DNA of 64,000 bases from Mobula hypostoma (Eukaryota). Position 1 is the stretch's first letter; each line of letters begins with the position of its first letter. Positions 1 through 13,545 of the stretch are shown one piece after another. Location of the stretch: positions 84,136,001-84,200,000 of the forward strand of contig NC_086108.1 of NCBI RefSeq assembly GCF_963921235.1. The letters are read 5' to 3'. The notes under the pieces were generated by a model that searched no databases, was not told the DNA's origin, and saw only the letters and a list, made by a program, of their open reading frames with translations. A program made the position numbers and the translations under genes.

Positions 1-2777
1 GCAGGAGGGGTGTGATTGGCAACTAAATATTCCAGGATTTTGTTGCTTCAGGTGTGATAGAATAGGAGGGGCAAGAGGGGGAGGTGTTGCACTGCTTGTC
101 AGAGAAAATATAACAGCGGTGCTCTGGCAGGATGGATTAGAGGGCTTGTCTAGGGAGGCTATTTGGGTGGAACTGAGGAATAGGAAAGGTGTTGTGACGC
201 TTATAGGGGTGTATTATAGACCACCTAATGGGGACTGAGAACTGGAGAAGCAAATTTGTAAGGAGATAGCAGATATTTGTAGTAAGCACAAGGTTGTGAT
301 TGTGGGAGATTTTAATTTTCCACACATAGACTGGGAAGCCCATTCTGTAAAAGGGCTGGATGGTTTGGAGTCTGTCAAATGTGTGCAAGATAGCTTTTTG
401 GAGCAAAACATAGAGGTACCAACTAGAGAAGGGGCAGTGTTGGATCTCCTGTTAGGGAATGAGAGAGGGCAGGTGACAGAGGTATGTGTTGGGGAGAACT
501 TTGGGTCAATTGATCACAATACCATTAGTTTCAGTATAATTATGGAGAAGGATAGGACTGGACCTAGGATTGAGATTTTTGATTGGAGAAAGGCTAACTT
601 TGAGGAGATGCGAAAGGATTTAGAAGGAGTGGATTGGGACAGTTTGTTTTATGGGAAGGGTGTAATAGAGAAATGGAGGTTATTTAAAGGTGAAATTTTG
701 AGGGTTCAGAATCTTTATGTTCCTGTTAGGTTGAAAGGAAAGGTTAAAAGTTTGAGAGAGCCATGGTTTTCAAGGGATATTGGAAACTTAGTTCGGAAAA
801 AGAGAGGGATCTTCAATAAATATAGGCAGCTTGGAGTTAATGAGGTACTTGAGGAATATAAAGAATGTAAAAAGAATCTTAAGAAAGAAATTAGAAGAGC
901 TAAAAGAAGATACGAGCCTGCTTTGGCAAGTAAGGTGAAAATAAATCCAAACGGTTTCTACAGTTATGTTAGTGGCAAAAGGATAGTGAGGGATAAAATT
1001 GGTCCCTTGGAGAATCAGAGTGGATGGCTATGTGCGGAGCCAAAAGAGATAGGGGAGATTGTGAACAATTTCTTTTCTTCGGTATTCAATAAGGAGAAGG
1101 ATATTGAATTGTGTAAGGTAAAGGAAACAAGAAGGGTAGTTATGTAAAGTATGACAATTAAAGAAGAGGAAGTACTGGCACTTTTAAGGAATATAAAAGT
1201 GGATAAGTCTCCGGGTCCGGACAAGATATTCCCTAGGACCTTGAGGGAAGTCAGTGTAAAAATAGCAGGGGCTCTGACAGAAATATTTCAAATGTCATTA
1301 GAAGCGGGGATGGTGCTGGAGGATTGGCATATTGCTCATGTGGTTCCATTGTTTAAAAAGGGGTCTAAGAGTAAACCTGGCAATTATCGGCCTGTGAGTT
1401 TGACGTCAGTGGTGGGTAAATTGATGGAAAGCATTCTTAGAGATGGTATATGTAATTATCTGTATAGACAGAGTCTGATTAGAAACAGTCAACATGGATT
1501 TGTGCGTGGAAGGTCATGTTTGACAAATCTTATTGAATTTTTTGATGAGGTTACTAAGAAGGTTGACAAGGGTAAAGTGGTGGATGTTGTCTATATGGAC
1601 TTCAGTAAGGCCTTTGACAAGGGTCCACATGGAAGGTTAGTTAGGAAGGTTCAATCGTTAGGCATTAATACGGAAGTAGTAAGATGGATTCAGCAGTGGC
1701 TAGATGGGAGACGCCAGAGAGCAGTGGTGGATAACTGTGTGTCAGATTGGAGGACGGTGTGCAGCGGTGTGCCTCAGGGATCTGTACTGGGTCCAATGTT
1801 GTTTGTCATATATATTAATGATCTGGATGATGGGGTGGTAAATTGGATTAGTAAGTATGCAGATGATACTAAGATAGGTGGCATTGTGGATGATGAGGTA
1901 GGTTTTCAAAGCTTGCAGAGAGATTTAGGACAGTTAGAAGAGTGGGCTGAAAGATGGCAGATGGAGTTTAATGCTGATAAATGTGAGGTGTTACATTTTG
2001 GTAGGACTAATCAAAATAGGACATACATGGTAAATGGCAGGGCATTGAAAAATGCAGTAGAACAGAGGGATCTAGGAATAATGGTGCATAGTTCCCTGAA
2101 GGTGGAATCTCATGTGGATAGGGTGGTGAAGAAAGCTTTTGGTATGCTGGCCTTTATTAATCACAGCATTGAGTATAGGAGTTGGGATGTAATGTTGAAA
2201 TTGTATAGGGCATTGGTAAGGCCAAATTTGGAGTATTGTGTACAGTACTGGTCATCGAATTATAGAAAAGATGTCAATAAAATTGAGAGAGTACAGAGGA
2301 GGTTTACTAAAATGTTGCCTGGGTTTCATCTCCTAAGTTACAGAGAAAGGTTGAACAAGTTAGGTCTTTATTCTTTGGAGCATAGAAGGTTGAGGGGGGA
2401 CTTGATAGAGGTGTTTAAAATTATGAAGGGGATTGATAGAGTTGATGTGGATAGGCTTTTTCCATTGAGAGTGGGAAAGATTCAAACAAGAAGACATGAA
2501 TTGAGAGTTAAAGGACAAAAGTTTAGGGGTAACATGAGGAGGAACTTCTTTACTCAGAGAGTGGTCGCTGTGTGGAATGAGCTTCCAGCAGAAGTGGTTG
2601 AGGCAGGTTCGATGTTGTCGGTTAAAATTAAATTGGATAGATATATGGACAGGAAAGGAATGGAGGGTTGTGGGCTGAGTGCAGGTCAGTGGGACTAGGT
2701 GAGAGTAAGAGTTCGGCACGGACTAGAAGGGCCGAGATGGCTTGTTTCCGTGCTGTAATTGTTATATGGTTATATGG
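1..2777 (+). mobile_element. CR1-clade LINE, near-intact ORF2 (APE endonuclease plus RT) and 3' UTR; 5' part lies outside the window
   Basis: One frame from 2 to 2698 with two in-frame stops (TGA 236-238, TAA 1145-1147). Endonuclease motifs YYRPPN, VGDFNFP, LDLLL. RT motifs QHGF, DFSKAFD, GVPQGSVLGP, YADD. Short GTTATATG repeat tail. Confidence 0.95.
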
Positions 2778-4033
2778 CTATAATTATTTAAATAAAGATC
2801 TGTTTTTGGAGACCTGTGTCAACTATTTATAGTAAAAATGCACCTGTATCTGGAAGGTCCAACTGCTGGTGAATCAGTATCCCGGTAAAAACTACACCAA
2901 GAAGACAAAAGAAGACTCCAAGCAACCCTGTGAAAAGTTATTGAAAACACAAGTCGGGAGATGGATACAAGAATATTTCCAAGTCAATCCCTTGGAGTTA
3001 AGTCAATCATCAAGAAATAGAAAGAATATGGCACAGCTGTCAATCTGACTAGAGCAGGCTGTCCTCAAAAACTGATTGACCATGCAAGAAGGGGACTAGT
3101 GAGGGAGGCCACCAAGAGACCTATGACAACTCTGAAGGAGTTACAAGCTTCAGTGGCTAATTAGGGAGAGTGGCAAAGAGAAAGTCACTGTTGAAAAAAA
3201 CTCACATGAAATTTCAGCTTGAGTTTGCCAGAAGGCATGTGAGAGACTCTGAAGTCAGCTGGAAGAAGGGTCTATGGTCTGATGAAACTCAAACGGAGCT
3301 TTTTGACTATCAGACTAAACGCTATATTTGGCATCAAAAACACACCATGCAGCATCTTGGTGGCTGCATCATGCTGTGGGGATGCTTCACTGTAGCAGGC
3401 CTTGGGAGGCTTGTGAAGGTAGAGGGTAAAGTGAATGCAGCAAAATAATAGGAAGTCCTGGAAGAAATCATGATGCAGTCAGCAAGAGAACTGCGACTTG
3501 GGAGGTGGTTTGTTTTCCATCAAGACAATGACCCCAAGCATAAATCTAAAGCTACACAGGAATGGCTTAAAAACAACAAAGTTAATGTCCTGGAGTGGCC
3601 AAGTCAAAGTCTAGACTTCAATCCAATTGAGAATTTCTGGCTGGACTTAGAAAGGATTGTTCACTCACAATCCCTATCCAATCTGACAGAGCGTGAGCAG
3701 TCTTGTAAAGAAGAATGGGGAAAATTGCAGTGTCCAGATGTGCAAAGCAGATAGAGACCTATCCACACAGACTCAAGGCTGTAATTGCTGCCAAAGATGC
3801 ATCAACTAAATACCGACTTGAAGTGGGTGAATACTACTGCAATTTTTAAAATGTATTTGTAATTAATTTAGATCATTTTGTAGAGATCTGTTTTCATTTT
3901 GCCACAAGAGTCTTTTTCTGTTGATCAGTGTCAAAAAAAGCCAAATTAAATCCAATATGATTCAATGTTGTAAAACAATAGAACACGAAAACTTCGGGGG
4001 GGGGGAGGGTGAATAGTTTTTTTATAGGTACTG
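2778..4033 (+). mobile_element. Tc1 DNA transposon, degraded; left end apparently displaced by the CR1 insertion
   Basis: Transposase fragments WSDET, GCIMLWGCF, QDNDPKH, WPSQS-DFNPIENFW. Right end ...ataggtactg|TA. Same family as 28578-30371. Confidence 0.9.
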
Positions 4034-4444
4034 TAGGATATTGAAGATACCCTCTCCTGCTCTTCCTGCAGTGGGACTGCAGGATCTTTCAATTTAATTA
4101 GGAGGATATACGAGGCCTCAACACATCACATGAAAATCAGCAATTTCAGTGCCAATCTACCATTCCAGCGGGGTTTTTGAACAGTTGCCTTATTAGAGGA
4201 GGTTCGGCAAAGGTGTATAAATATGGCCTTATATTTTAAAAAGAGTATCACCTGATAATCCAAGTATTAAAATTGATGAAAATTATTATTTTGTATGTTA
4301 TGATTTCTCCCTTTTTTCTTACTTTTTCCAATCCTAGATCATGTACAATTTTCCATTTTAAAGGGCAGTAATCGGAAGCAACTTCCTCCCTGTCCTGTTC
4401 CAATCATCATGTTGAAGCAAGGACAGTAAGCTTGCAATGATCAA

Positions 4445-4965
4445 CTTCAGTCCAGTTTATATTCAATCAACCGTACACATGTATACCACCAAACAGAACA
4501 ATATTCCTCCGGAACAAGGTGCACACGAGCATAAATATAACTCATTCACCTAACAAGTTAAGAAGTAAACAGTATAATGCTAGTGGTGCTTCAAACGTGA
4601 TGAGACCAGAGTGGTGGTAGGGAGTTCAGTAGTCTTACGGCCTGGGGAAGAAGCTGTTGCCCAACCCAACAGTGCTTGTCCTAGTTCTATGGTACCTCCT
4701 GCCTGATCGTTTGGGGGGGGGTCGTGGGTCAAAGAGATTTTTGGACAGCTGGGTTCACTAAAAATGCTAAGGGCCCTGCATATGCAGCATCCCTGATAAA
4801 TATCTCTGAGGGGTGGAAGAGAAACTCAATGATCCTCTCAGCAGTCCTCACAATCCTTTATAGGAACTTACAGTGAGATGCCCTGCAATTCCCATACCAG
4901 ACAGTTATGCAGCTGGTCATTGCACTCTCACTGGTACGCCTGAAAGAATTGGTTAGAATGGGTGG
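4445..4965 (-). mobile_element. Rex1/Babar-like LINE 3' fragment (approximate ends)
   Basis: LTNSFRRTSESAMTSCITVWYGNC resembles the ORF C-terminus of the copy at 61301-62377. Confidence 0.7.
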
Positions 4966-7900
4966 GGAGTGGGGTGGGCGCTGGGGGAGCCTCTGAGATT
5001 GTCCATTATGTGCACCACCAGAAACATGGTGCCCTAACTCTCTCCACATTAGGATGTATAGGCTAATTTAGATTTAGACTCCTTAAGGGGATTGCTCATT
5101 TCTTCCCCCCGCCCCCCAACCCTGCCCCTACATTATCCCACTGCACGTCATAAAAGGGAGAAATCACCCATCCACTCATTGGGGCATTTTGCTTAATCAC
5201 CTTGACACTGCTCTACCAATAATGTTTATTATTAGTGTTAACATTCCCTCCCATCTGGTAATAATTTTTGCTTTAAGGATCTTTGTGCCTAGTGAAGTGT
5301 CACATTCTCTACAGTTCAGAGCAATATGATTTGCTTTATCCTCAATAGAGTTGCATATTCCTAGTCACTCAGTAAGCATAAACTTCCAACAAACAGTACA
5401 TTACAAAACAACTTCAAAGCACTAACAAGCTGGTAAGCCAGTACAGTTCAAAGGCATTTTTATACAAATAAATTATTCACGTTCAGTGAATGAACATTGG
5501 CATAGCAAAGGTTTATGGATTCCTCTCATTCATCGTCTCCATTGTGTAAAATACTGCTAGTGAAAACATGTTTACTTTTTTCTGAAATAAGGAGATCATA
5601 GGACTTTAGTTGATAAATATTCAGATCCTTTAAAGCAATCAACAGGTTTTTTTTGCTCTTGAAAAAACAAACAGGCTAGGTTAATCATATCTGGTGTATC
5701 AGATTTCAAATGCATATGAGTAAACAAGACACGGGAATATATTTTAAAGAAAATATCAGCAATCTTTACACGTCTCATTGTCACATTTCGGAATATAAAC
5801 AAGCTTCAGGGCTAGGATTAAATAACAGATATCAATTAATACCTTGGAACTAGCACCTGAGAAACAGCAACACGAATGATATCTTCATGTATGAGATATG
5901 GTATACTCATATGAGGCCATATTTGGAATTTTCCCCAAATCAGTTTTGCTTGGAATCCCCCTGGTTCAAACGGAGAAGGCACTGAATAAATATTGCCTCT
6001 TTTCTGTCTTCTTTCATGCAAAAAAATTTAACTCCTCCAACTCTAAAAGTCCAATTTGAAGCTTCAGTCTCTCTATCAATAATAACAACTTCAATCTTCC
6101 CAGATACTTCCTTCTTTCTCACTAATATAGTCTGCCTAGTCATGTGTTCCAAAGCCACCATTTTGGAGTCATAAGGTTTCCTCATTGTACAGCCTGTGCT
6201 GCACAGATGGGAATCCATGATGGCATGTCCTAACCTTTGAATTATTTTCTAAAATTTTTCTACAAATCACATTCACTTTCCTGACAGAGTATATTTGTAC
6301 TCATCACATTCCTTAAGTATGGGATCTGAGCAAAGCTCCAACTATACTCAACCCCATTATAAAACTGGTAATTATGAGATGACTAGAAGAATGAAAGAGC
6401 ATAATTCATCCAATTCAACCTGCCTCACTATTGAGTTTCAAGGACTCATTCACCATTTAGATCTCCTTCCTCCCTTGCTTTCAACCAGCTCCTCCTTTAA
6501 TTCATCAAGAATTACTCAATAAGTCAACCGTACATGACATTAAAAGAGATGGATGCTGATGATGATTAAGCTTGGATTACTATCTTCTGGATTAATCATT
6601 AGGAAATATTGCTGAGTATTGTTAAACAATTAACAATGTTATTACATAGAGGAACATAGATCTGTAAACTAGACTTACGAGTTTAAATATAGCTGGGAAA
6701 CTCTCTGAAATACTTGATTGTGTATTGCAATTGCATGATATGAAAAATAACAAGCAGTGTGGAATCAGCATGACATACAATAAGTACCACCAAAAATTGT
6801 CGTTTATAGTTTCAGACTTCAAAAACCAAAACTTGGAAAATTCTCCAAAATGCTTCAGGGCGATATATACAGTAAAACTGACAGTAACCTATCATTCTGA
6901 AGTAATTCAAACAAACTTTGCAAAAATTATAATGGAACTAAAAGAGAACAATGTTAATTAATACGAATTCTCAGGAACAAAGCTTTACACCATCTTAGGT
7001 GCAGTCATTGTAGATTGTTGAAGTAGGCAATCAACCCATGCAGGTCAGTGAAGAACTACAATGCAGGCATCAAGACCAGATAGAGAGCATTGCCAAGAAA
7101 TAAGGAACCCTACTATGACCTTGCTTTGCACCTCAACTTCAAGCGCTTCTAGGAAAACTCACTCTAAGAACATCATAGCCTTATCTCTCATATTATAAAA
7201 TTCCTATAATTGAAATTATCAGATTATCCTTGACACATGTCACATAACCAACATGTGCAAGAGGAAGACAATCTATAATAATGTTTGTATTGTTGAAGAT
7301 TCTGCTCATACAAACACATCAACAACAATTATATGCCAATTGGCCTGAAGTCAAAGGCTGTCCTTATGTTGACATCGATGATCATTTTTAACTTTCCAAA
7401 ACATCTTTTCAAAACTGTAATTGATAATTAAAAAGTATCTCAAGCCATGACCTCAACATGGTTAGGTCCTGGATGCTATGCAATTTTATAATAATAAATC
7501 TCTCTTTGTAAGCTGAACTGCTTCATCAATGAGTGGCGATTCAGTTGAGCATCAACAGTTATCTTGTTTTGAAGGTATGTGAATGTCCTCCCTTTGAAAT
7601 TTTAATCCAAAACTCTTGAACACCAAATTATAATGATAAGTAAGTTCAACTTCACAGTAGGTTAATCACCACAGTCTTGTTTAACTAAAATGAGAACTCC
7701 AAAATAAGAGAAAGAGATTATATTAAAAAAAAACGATTAGGAATTGCATTGAAACCAATCAAACAAAGGGTTCTGATATTATGCATTGACTATTTCCCCT
7801 TCCACAAATATTGTCTTGCTGGCAGAGCAAAATTTTATAAAATTCCTCCATTTGGACATTCAGTACTACTGTACACCACTTTTCAGATAACACCTCGCTG

Positions 7901-8399
7901 AAATAGGGTGACTAACCAGAACAGTTAAGATTTAGAGGGTGGAGATAGGTGGCAGGAAGGAAGAAAGCATCCGACCAATAAGCAGAATTGCAAAGAAAGC
8001 TACATTTCTAGTCAACTCAAAGAAAAAAAAGAAAATATTTTTTACTAAACAAAGAGAATTCTGATGAGTAATTAAAGATTGCAAATCAATCCTAGAATTA
8101 GAAATGATCTGGCTCAGAATTCATTCGCAGGCTGTGTATTAAGTTCAAACCTTGTTTTGAGAGTTCTCTTGCAAACAAAAAGAGGCATTGGACTAAATAA
8201 ACCAATTTCCTTCAGAAAACAATTCTATCTTTCAAAAATCTGTGCACTTTTCCTATCTTAGTCCAAGGCTCAGTAATAGAAAGCATTGTACTCCCAACAT
8301 TTACTGCAGGGCAGTATCAGATAGGCTTTTTGTCAGCTTCCGCTAATGACATTTCCCTGAAAGGTTTATAACAGTTATACCAGAGACCCTCATTGGCAC

Positions 8400-9990
8400 A
8401 GTAAATGCCTAGTTTTCTCAAAGAGAAATGTGACTCACTCGTAGCTGACAATCGAAGTTAAAGAGGGAATTAAATCAAAAGAAGAGGCTTATGAATTTGC
8501 TAGAAACAGAAGTTAACCTGTAGATTGGAAACATGACAGAACTCAGTGAAGGAGGACTACAGATTTTATTTTTTTACGAAGTAATAGAATGCTGGAGTAT
8601 AGTGGTGAGAAACAAAAAAAGGACTGTAAGAGTTCCTCCAGGTATCCAAAAAGAAAAACACCAGCCGTCTTTATTATCCTCTGTAGGGTCTTGTGGTCTG
8701 ATGCCTTGCAGCTACCAAAATGCAAAAAGATGCAGCCAGACAGGACACGCTTGATGGTGCTCCTGTAGAAAGTTGTTAGGATGGGGGCTGGGAGCCTTGT
8801 GTGCCTCAATCTCCTCAGAAAGTCCAGACACTGCTGTGCCTTCTAGACTAATGAAGAAGTGGTGTGGGTCCAAATTAAATCACCTTTTATGTGTAATAAA
8901 AGTAATAATGTATAAGAGGTAACCAGTGGATTTGGTGTATTCGGACTTCCTAAAAGCATTCCGAAATGTACTTCATAGGAGTTTGGTTAAAACGGTGAAA
9001 ACACCGGGAATTGGAGAAAATACAATGATACATTGTTGACTGGATTGAATGGTCTGAAATGGACAGGCTGTAACCAGTGGGGTTCGTAGGATTTTGTGCT
9101 TGAGTCACAGCGAATCACCATCTACATCAATGGTTTCGTTGAGGGCATCAAATGTCATGTTTCCAAGTTTGCTGACAGGTGGGAAAATGAGTATATAAGA
9201 TGCATAGATATCTTATGGGGACAGAGTCAAGAAGGCACAAGCTGAGGAAGAATGTGGCAATTGGAATATAATGTAGAAAAATGTCAAACCATCCAGACTG
9301 ATGCACAAAGAAGTATTTCTTAAAATGGTGAGGTTCAACATGATCTAGTTGTTCATGCACACATGGAGGCTTAATAAATGATTTGGCAGGCAAATGCTAT
9401 GTTAGCCTTTAAACATGAAAGGATTTAAATGTACCAGTAGGAAGACTTACTAGATAGAGGGCTTTTGGAACGTTGCACTTACAATATCATGTACAGTTTT
9501 GGAATCTTTATCTAAGAGAGGACTCATTACCAAAGAGAAAGTGCAGAAAAGATTTGCAGGACTTGTTCAAGCATCTCTGTGAGATCAAATTGAGCTGACT
9601 GGGTCTATGCTGTTTACAAAGTGAGAGAAATCTCATCAATACTTACAAAGTTTTTATGTGCCTTGACAGGCTAGACGTAGCTATGATATTTCCCCTGGCT
9701 AAGAAGTCTAGGACCAGGAGGCAGAACTATGAGTAAGGATTAAGCCATTTATGATGGAAGGGAAATTTTTTCACACGGAAAAGATGGCAAAACTTTGGAA
9801 TTCTCTACTCAGGAGTTATGTGGAGGGTTACTCATTCAGTTTCTTCAAATCAGAGAAAGATAAATCTTTGACTATTAAGAAAATCAAGGGAAATGGTGAC
9901 TGTGCATGCAATGAGGCTGAGGTTGCCTAGCCATGGTCTTGATGAAGACTGGGCAGGCTCAACCGGATGGTCTACTTCTGATTCTACTTG
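8400..9990 (+). mobile_element. Old degraded CR1 fragment, with a minus-strand Rex1-like piece at about 8660-8885
   Basis: Decayed RT and 3' UTR sequence similar to 1-2777. The insert reads ILTTFYRSTIKRVLSGCI. Confidence 0.7.
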
Positions 9991-10125
9991 TTATCATTTT
10001 CTCAACAGCACTATTTTCAATCTACTTTTAAGTTGAAGGATAAAAATTCATCGGTAAATGATCATGAAATCAATATTTCCATGAAACAGTAATTTTTCCG
10101 CCTCAAACAGCGAAAAACTTTGGAG

Positions 10126-12852
10126 CAACGCACACAAAATGCTGGTGGAACACAGCAGGCCAGACAGCATCTATAGGAAGAGGTACAGTCGACGTTTTGG
10201 GGCGAGACCCTTTGTCAGGACTAACTGAAAGAAGAGATAGTAAGAGATTTGAAAGTGGGAGGGGAAGGGGGTGATCCGAAATGATAGGAGAAGACAGGAG
10301 GAGGAGAGATGGAGCCAAGAGCTGGGAAGTTGATTGGCAAAAGGGATATGAGAGCTGAAGAAGGGGGAAGGATCATGGGATGGGAGACCTATGGAGAAAG
10401 AAAGGGGGAGGGGAGCCCAGAGGAAGATGGAGAGCAGGCAAGGAGTGATTGTGAGAGGGACAGAGAAAGAAAAGGGGGGGGGGAGAGCGAGAGAGAGAGA
10501 GAGAGAGGAAATAAATAAATAAGGGATGGGGTAAGAACGGGAGGAGGGCCATTAACGGAAGTTAGAGAAATCAATGTTCATGCCATCAGGTTGGAGACTA
10601 CCCAGACGGAATATAAGGTGTGGTTCCTCCAACCTGAGTGTGGCTTCATCTTGACAGTAGAGGAGGCCACGGATTGACATACCAGAATGGGAATGGGACG
10701 TGGAATTAAAATGTGTGGCCACTTGGAGATCCTGCTTTCTCTGGCGGACAGAGCGTAGGTGTTCAGTAAAACGGTCTCCCAGTCTGTGTCGGGTGTCACC
10801 AATATATAGAAGGCCACACCGGGAACACCGGACACAGTACACACCTTATCCTCGTTATATGCCAGGGATACGTTCCTTGAAGTTGACGCATAATGTGAAT
10901 AATTATTTAAATGGAGAAAATAGGGATGCGTTCCAGAGGGCTTCCTAAATATGTTTTATCTGTAACTTATTCACATTTTTATACCAACACGACACAAAGG
11001 CAGTATTACAAGACAACATTTGTATTACATTTAATCAATTTAAGGCAATATTCAATGTAATAAATCATAGAAAGTTAACATCCTCTGGTGTACAGTACTC
11101 ACCAACAGTGGCAGGTATGTTTGCTCCGGGAGATGAGTGGCTGTTGTGGTGTCGGGCAGCTTTACACGGATAAAGTGGATGGTTGTGGGTCGTCAGGATA
11201 ATATCAAGCACAGCAAGGGGGTGAAGGAAGACTCACAGAACTCTTAGAACTGCCGGCAGCAGCAGATTACAGTGATTTGCATAAAGTGGTGAGGGTTGTT
11301 GGCTTGGCAGCATTTTGTTTTTCAGCATAAATTTGCTCGTAGGGAAGAAGGGTTGACGGCAGGGAACGACTGAAATGCTGACTCATGTTCTAAACTTGGG
11401 TCCATGTCCATCGCCATTTGTGCCAAGTGTTCTGACTTCCACCATTCCCTCACCGTCGGTAAACTCCCAGGATTTTCAAAATCGTCTGTTGCTTACAGCA
11501 TCTGAGAGACAGTTCGCGGTAAAAAAATACCCACGCCTTGAATGTGGATTACACCTTGGTCGAGTGGTTGAATCAGTGATGTTGTGTTAGGCAGCAGGAA
11601 ACGCACTGTTATGTTAGGATCAATGCTGTCCAAATGTTTAGGATGGGCTGGCACATTGTCAAGCAACAAAAGAACTTTAAAGGCAAGATTCTGTTCCTGG
11701 CAGTAACGTCGCAGAGCTGTGTTACCTTCAGCTGATGTCGCGCTGTTTATAATTTCCAACGTTTTTTCAAGTGTTAAAGCGGTTCTCTGCCGCTCAGCTG
11801 ACAGTCCAAGACATAACATCGGACGCTTAGGAAGCATAGTTAAATATTTCAAGCACAAAATCACTGCACCGTAGGTAAAACCAACAAAAGTTTAAGATCG
11901 CGCATCCACACCTTGCCAAAACCAATGCAAGAGTGGCGGGAGTGAAATTGTGAGGCGCCCACACATGACTTGTATTGGCAGGAAAGCAGTGCTCCTCACA
12001 TAACTGTGAATTTTGGATGCATATAACGAGACGTTGGTAGAAATAGGTTCCTCGCGTAACTGTGAATCCGCATAGTCTGAAGACGCATATAACGAGGATA
12101 GGGTGTATAGGGTGCCGACTCACAGGTGAAATGTCACCTCACCTGGAAGAACTGTCTGGGGCCCTGAATGGTGGTGAGGGAGGAAGTGTAAGGGCAGGTG
12201 TAGCACTTGTTCCGCTTACAAGGATAAGTACCGAGAGGGAGATCGGTGGGAAGGGATGCGGGGGACGAATGAACAAGGGAGTTGCGTAGGGAGCAATCCA
12301 TGTGGAAAGCAGAAAGGTGGGGAGGGAAAGATGTGCTTGGTGGTGGGGTCTGGTTGGAGGTGACGGAAGTTACGGAGAATAATGTGTTAGACCCGGAGGC
12401 TGGTGGGGTGGTAGGTGAGGACAAGGGGAACCCTATCCCTAGTGGGGTGGTGGGAGGATGGGGTGAGAGCAGATGTGCGTGAAATGGGAGAGATGCATTT
12501 GAGAGCAGAGTTGATGGTGGAGGAAGGGAAGCCCCTTTCTTTAAAAAAAGGAAGACATCTCCTTCGTCCTGGAATGAAAAGTCTCCTCCTGAGAGCAGAT
12601 GTGGCGGAGACGGAGGAATTGCGAGAAGGGGACAGCATTTTTGTAAGAAACAGGGTGGAAAGAGGAATAGTCCAGGTAACTGTGAGAGTCAGTAGGCTTA
12701 TAGTAGACATCACTAGATAAGCTGTCTCCAGAGATAGAGACAGAAAGATCAAGAAATGGGAGGGAGGTGTCGGATATGGACCAGGTAAATTTGAGGGCAA
12801 GGGGAAAGTTGGAGGCAAAGTTAATGAAGTCAATGAGCTCAACATGCTCGTT
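10126..12852 (-). mobile_element. Penelope-like element, 5'-truncated: RT thumb, Cys-rich linker, GIY-YIG endonuclease and 3' end; interrupted by a Tigger element
   Basis: LPFLDLSV...VYYKPTDSHSYLDYSSFHP...SQFLRLRHIC, then CKRNKCYTC, then YCVRCSRCGLLYIGDTRHRLGDRFTEH...HFN...GMN. A 10-bp direct repeat aactttggag flanks it at 10116-10125 and 12853-12862. Confidence 0.92.
10842..12105 (-). mobile_element. Internally deleted Tigger/pogo-type DNA transposon nested in the PLE
   Basis: 21-bp TIRs caccttatcctcgttatatgc / gcatataacgaggatagggtg, followed by TA on the right. DDE_1 motifs KVLLLLDNVPAHP and PNTTSLIQPLDQGVI are fused to an N-terminal LTLEKTLEII. Confidence 0.9.
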
Positions 12853-13545
12853 AACTTTGGAGATAACGTTAGAAATTTATTTTTCTGAGCTGCACATTAA
12901 GCATTTCTTAGATCAAAGCAAGAGTTGGAATAAAAACATACTTACTGAAATATACTGTGCAAAAATTATCCTTGGTTTCCTATTCATAAAAAGTTGCACT
13001 TTTAATTTTTTATAATCGATACGGCATAGTGCTCTTTTCACTTCTTAGTAAGTTTCATGAGTCTTATATTAAATATGGCAATTATTCCACTGCTTTAATT
13101 GTTGGATTATTCAAGCTCTTTCATGAAATGATTTAACTCATTACCACTTTTTAAGATCTATTTACATGCAATATGTGCAAACACACACAGACAGAATGCA
13201 AGAGTAGAAACGCAGAGTGGATCTCACTTCTCAGGTTCGCCAGAAACTTGAATGCTAGAAGTGATTAAGACCAAATGTCATTTCTAAATGTTCTAATTGA
13301 TGAAATTAAGTGAGAGCTGATAACAGTACTCACCCTGGAATTAATCGCTGCTCTCATTTAGAAGTCATGAGAGAAAGAGATTTGCTTTGCTAACTAAAAA
13401 ACGAAAGCAAAATTCAAGGGAAAGGAATGCACATCTTGACGGTTTATATTATTCATTCTCAGCTTGTGGGCAACAGAGAAAGAGCCAGTGTTTATTCACC
13501 ACACCAAGCTGCCAAGGAGCTGGCAGTGGCTCCTGCCAGCAACTA

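Noticed and set aside
5596..6961. Cluster of short ORFs in unique sequence as a nested gene
   Set aside because: No recognisable domain, no consistent frame or splice pattern, and lengths expected by chance.
10187..10222. Active hammerhead here and in other decayed copies (about 18605, 26414, 32696, 32794, 37435, 38265, 48566, 48681, 49307)
   Set aside because: Each has substitutions in CUGANGA or GAAA, or has lost stem I. The copy at about 23875-23910 keeps the core but has a weakened stem I, so I did not call it either.
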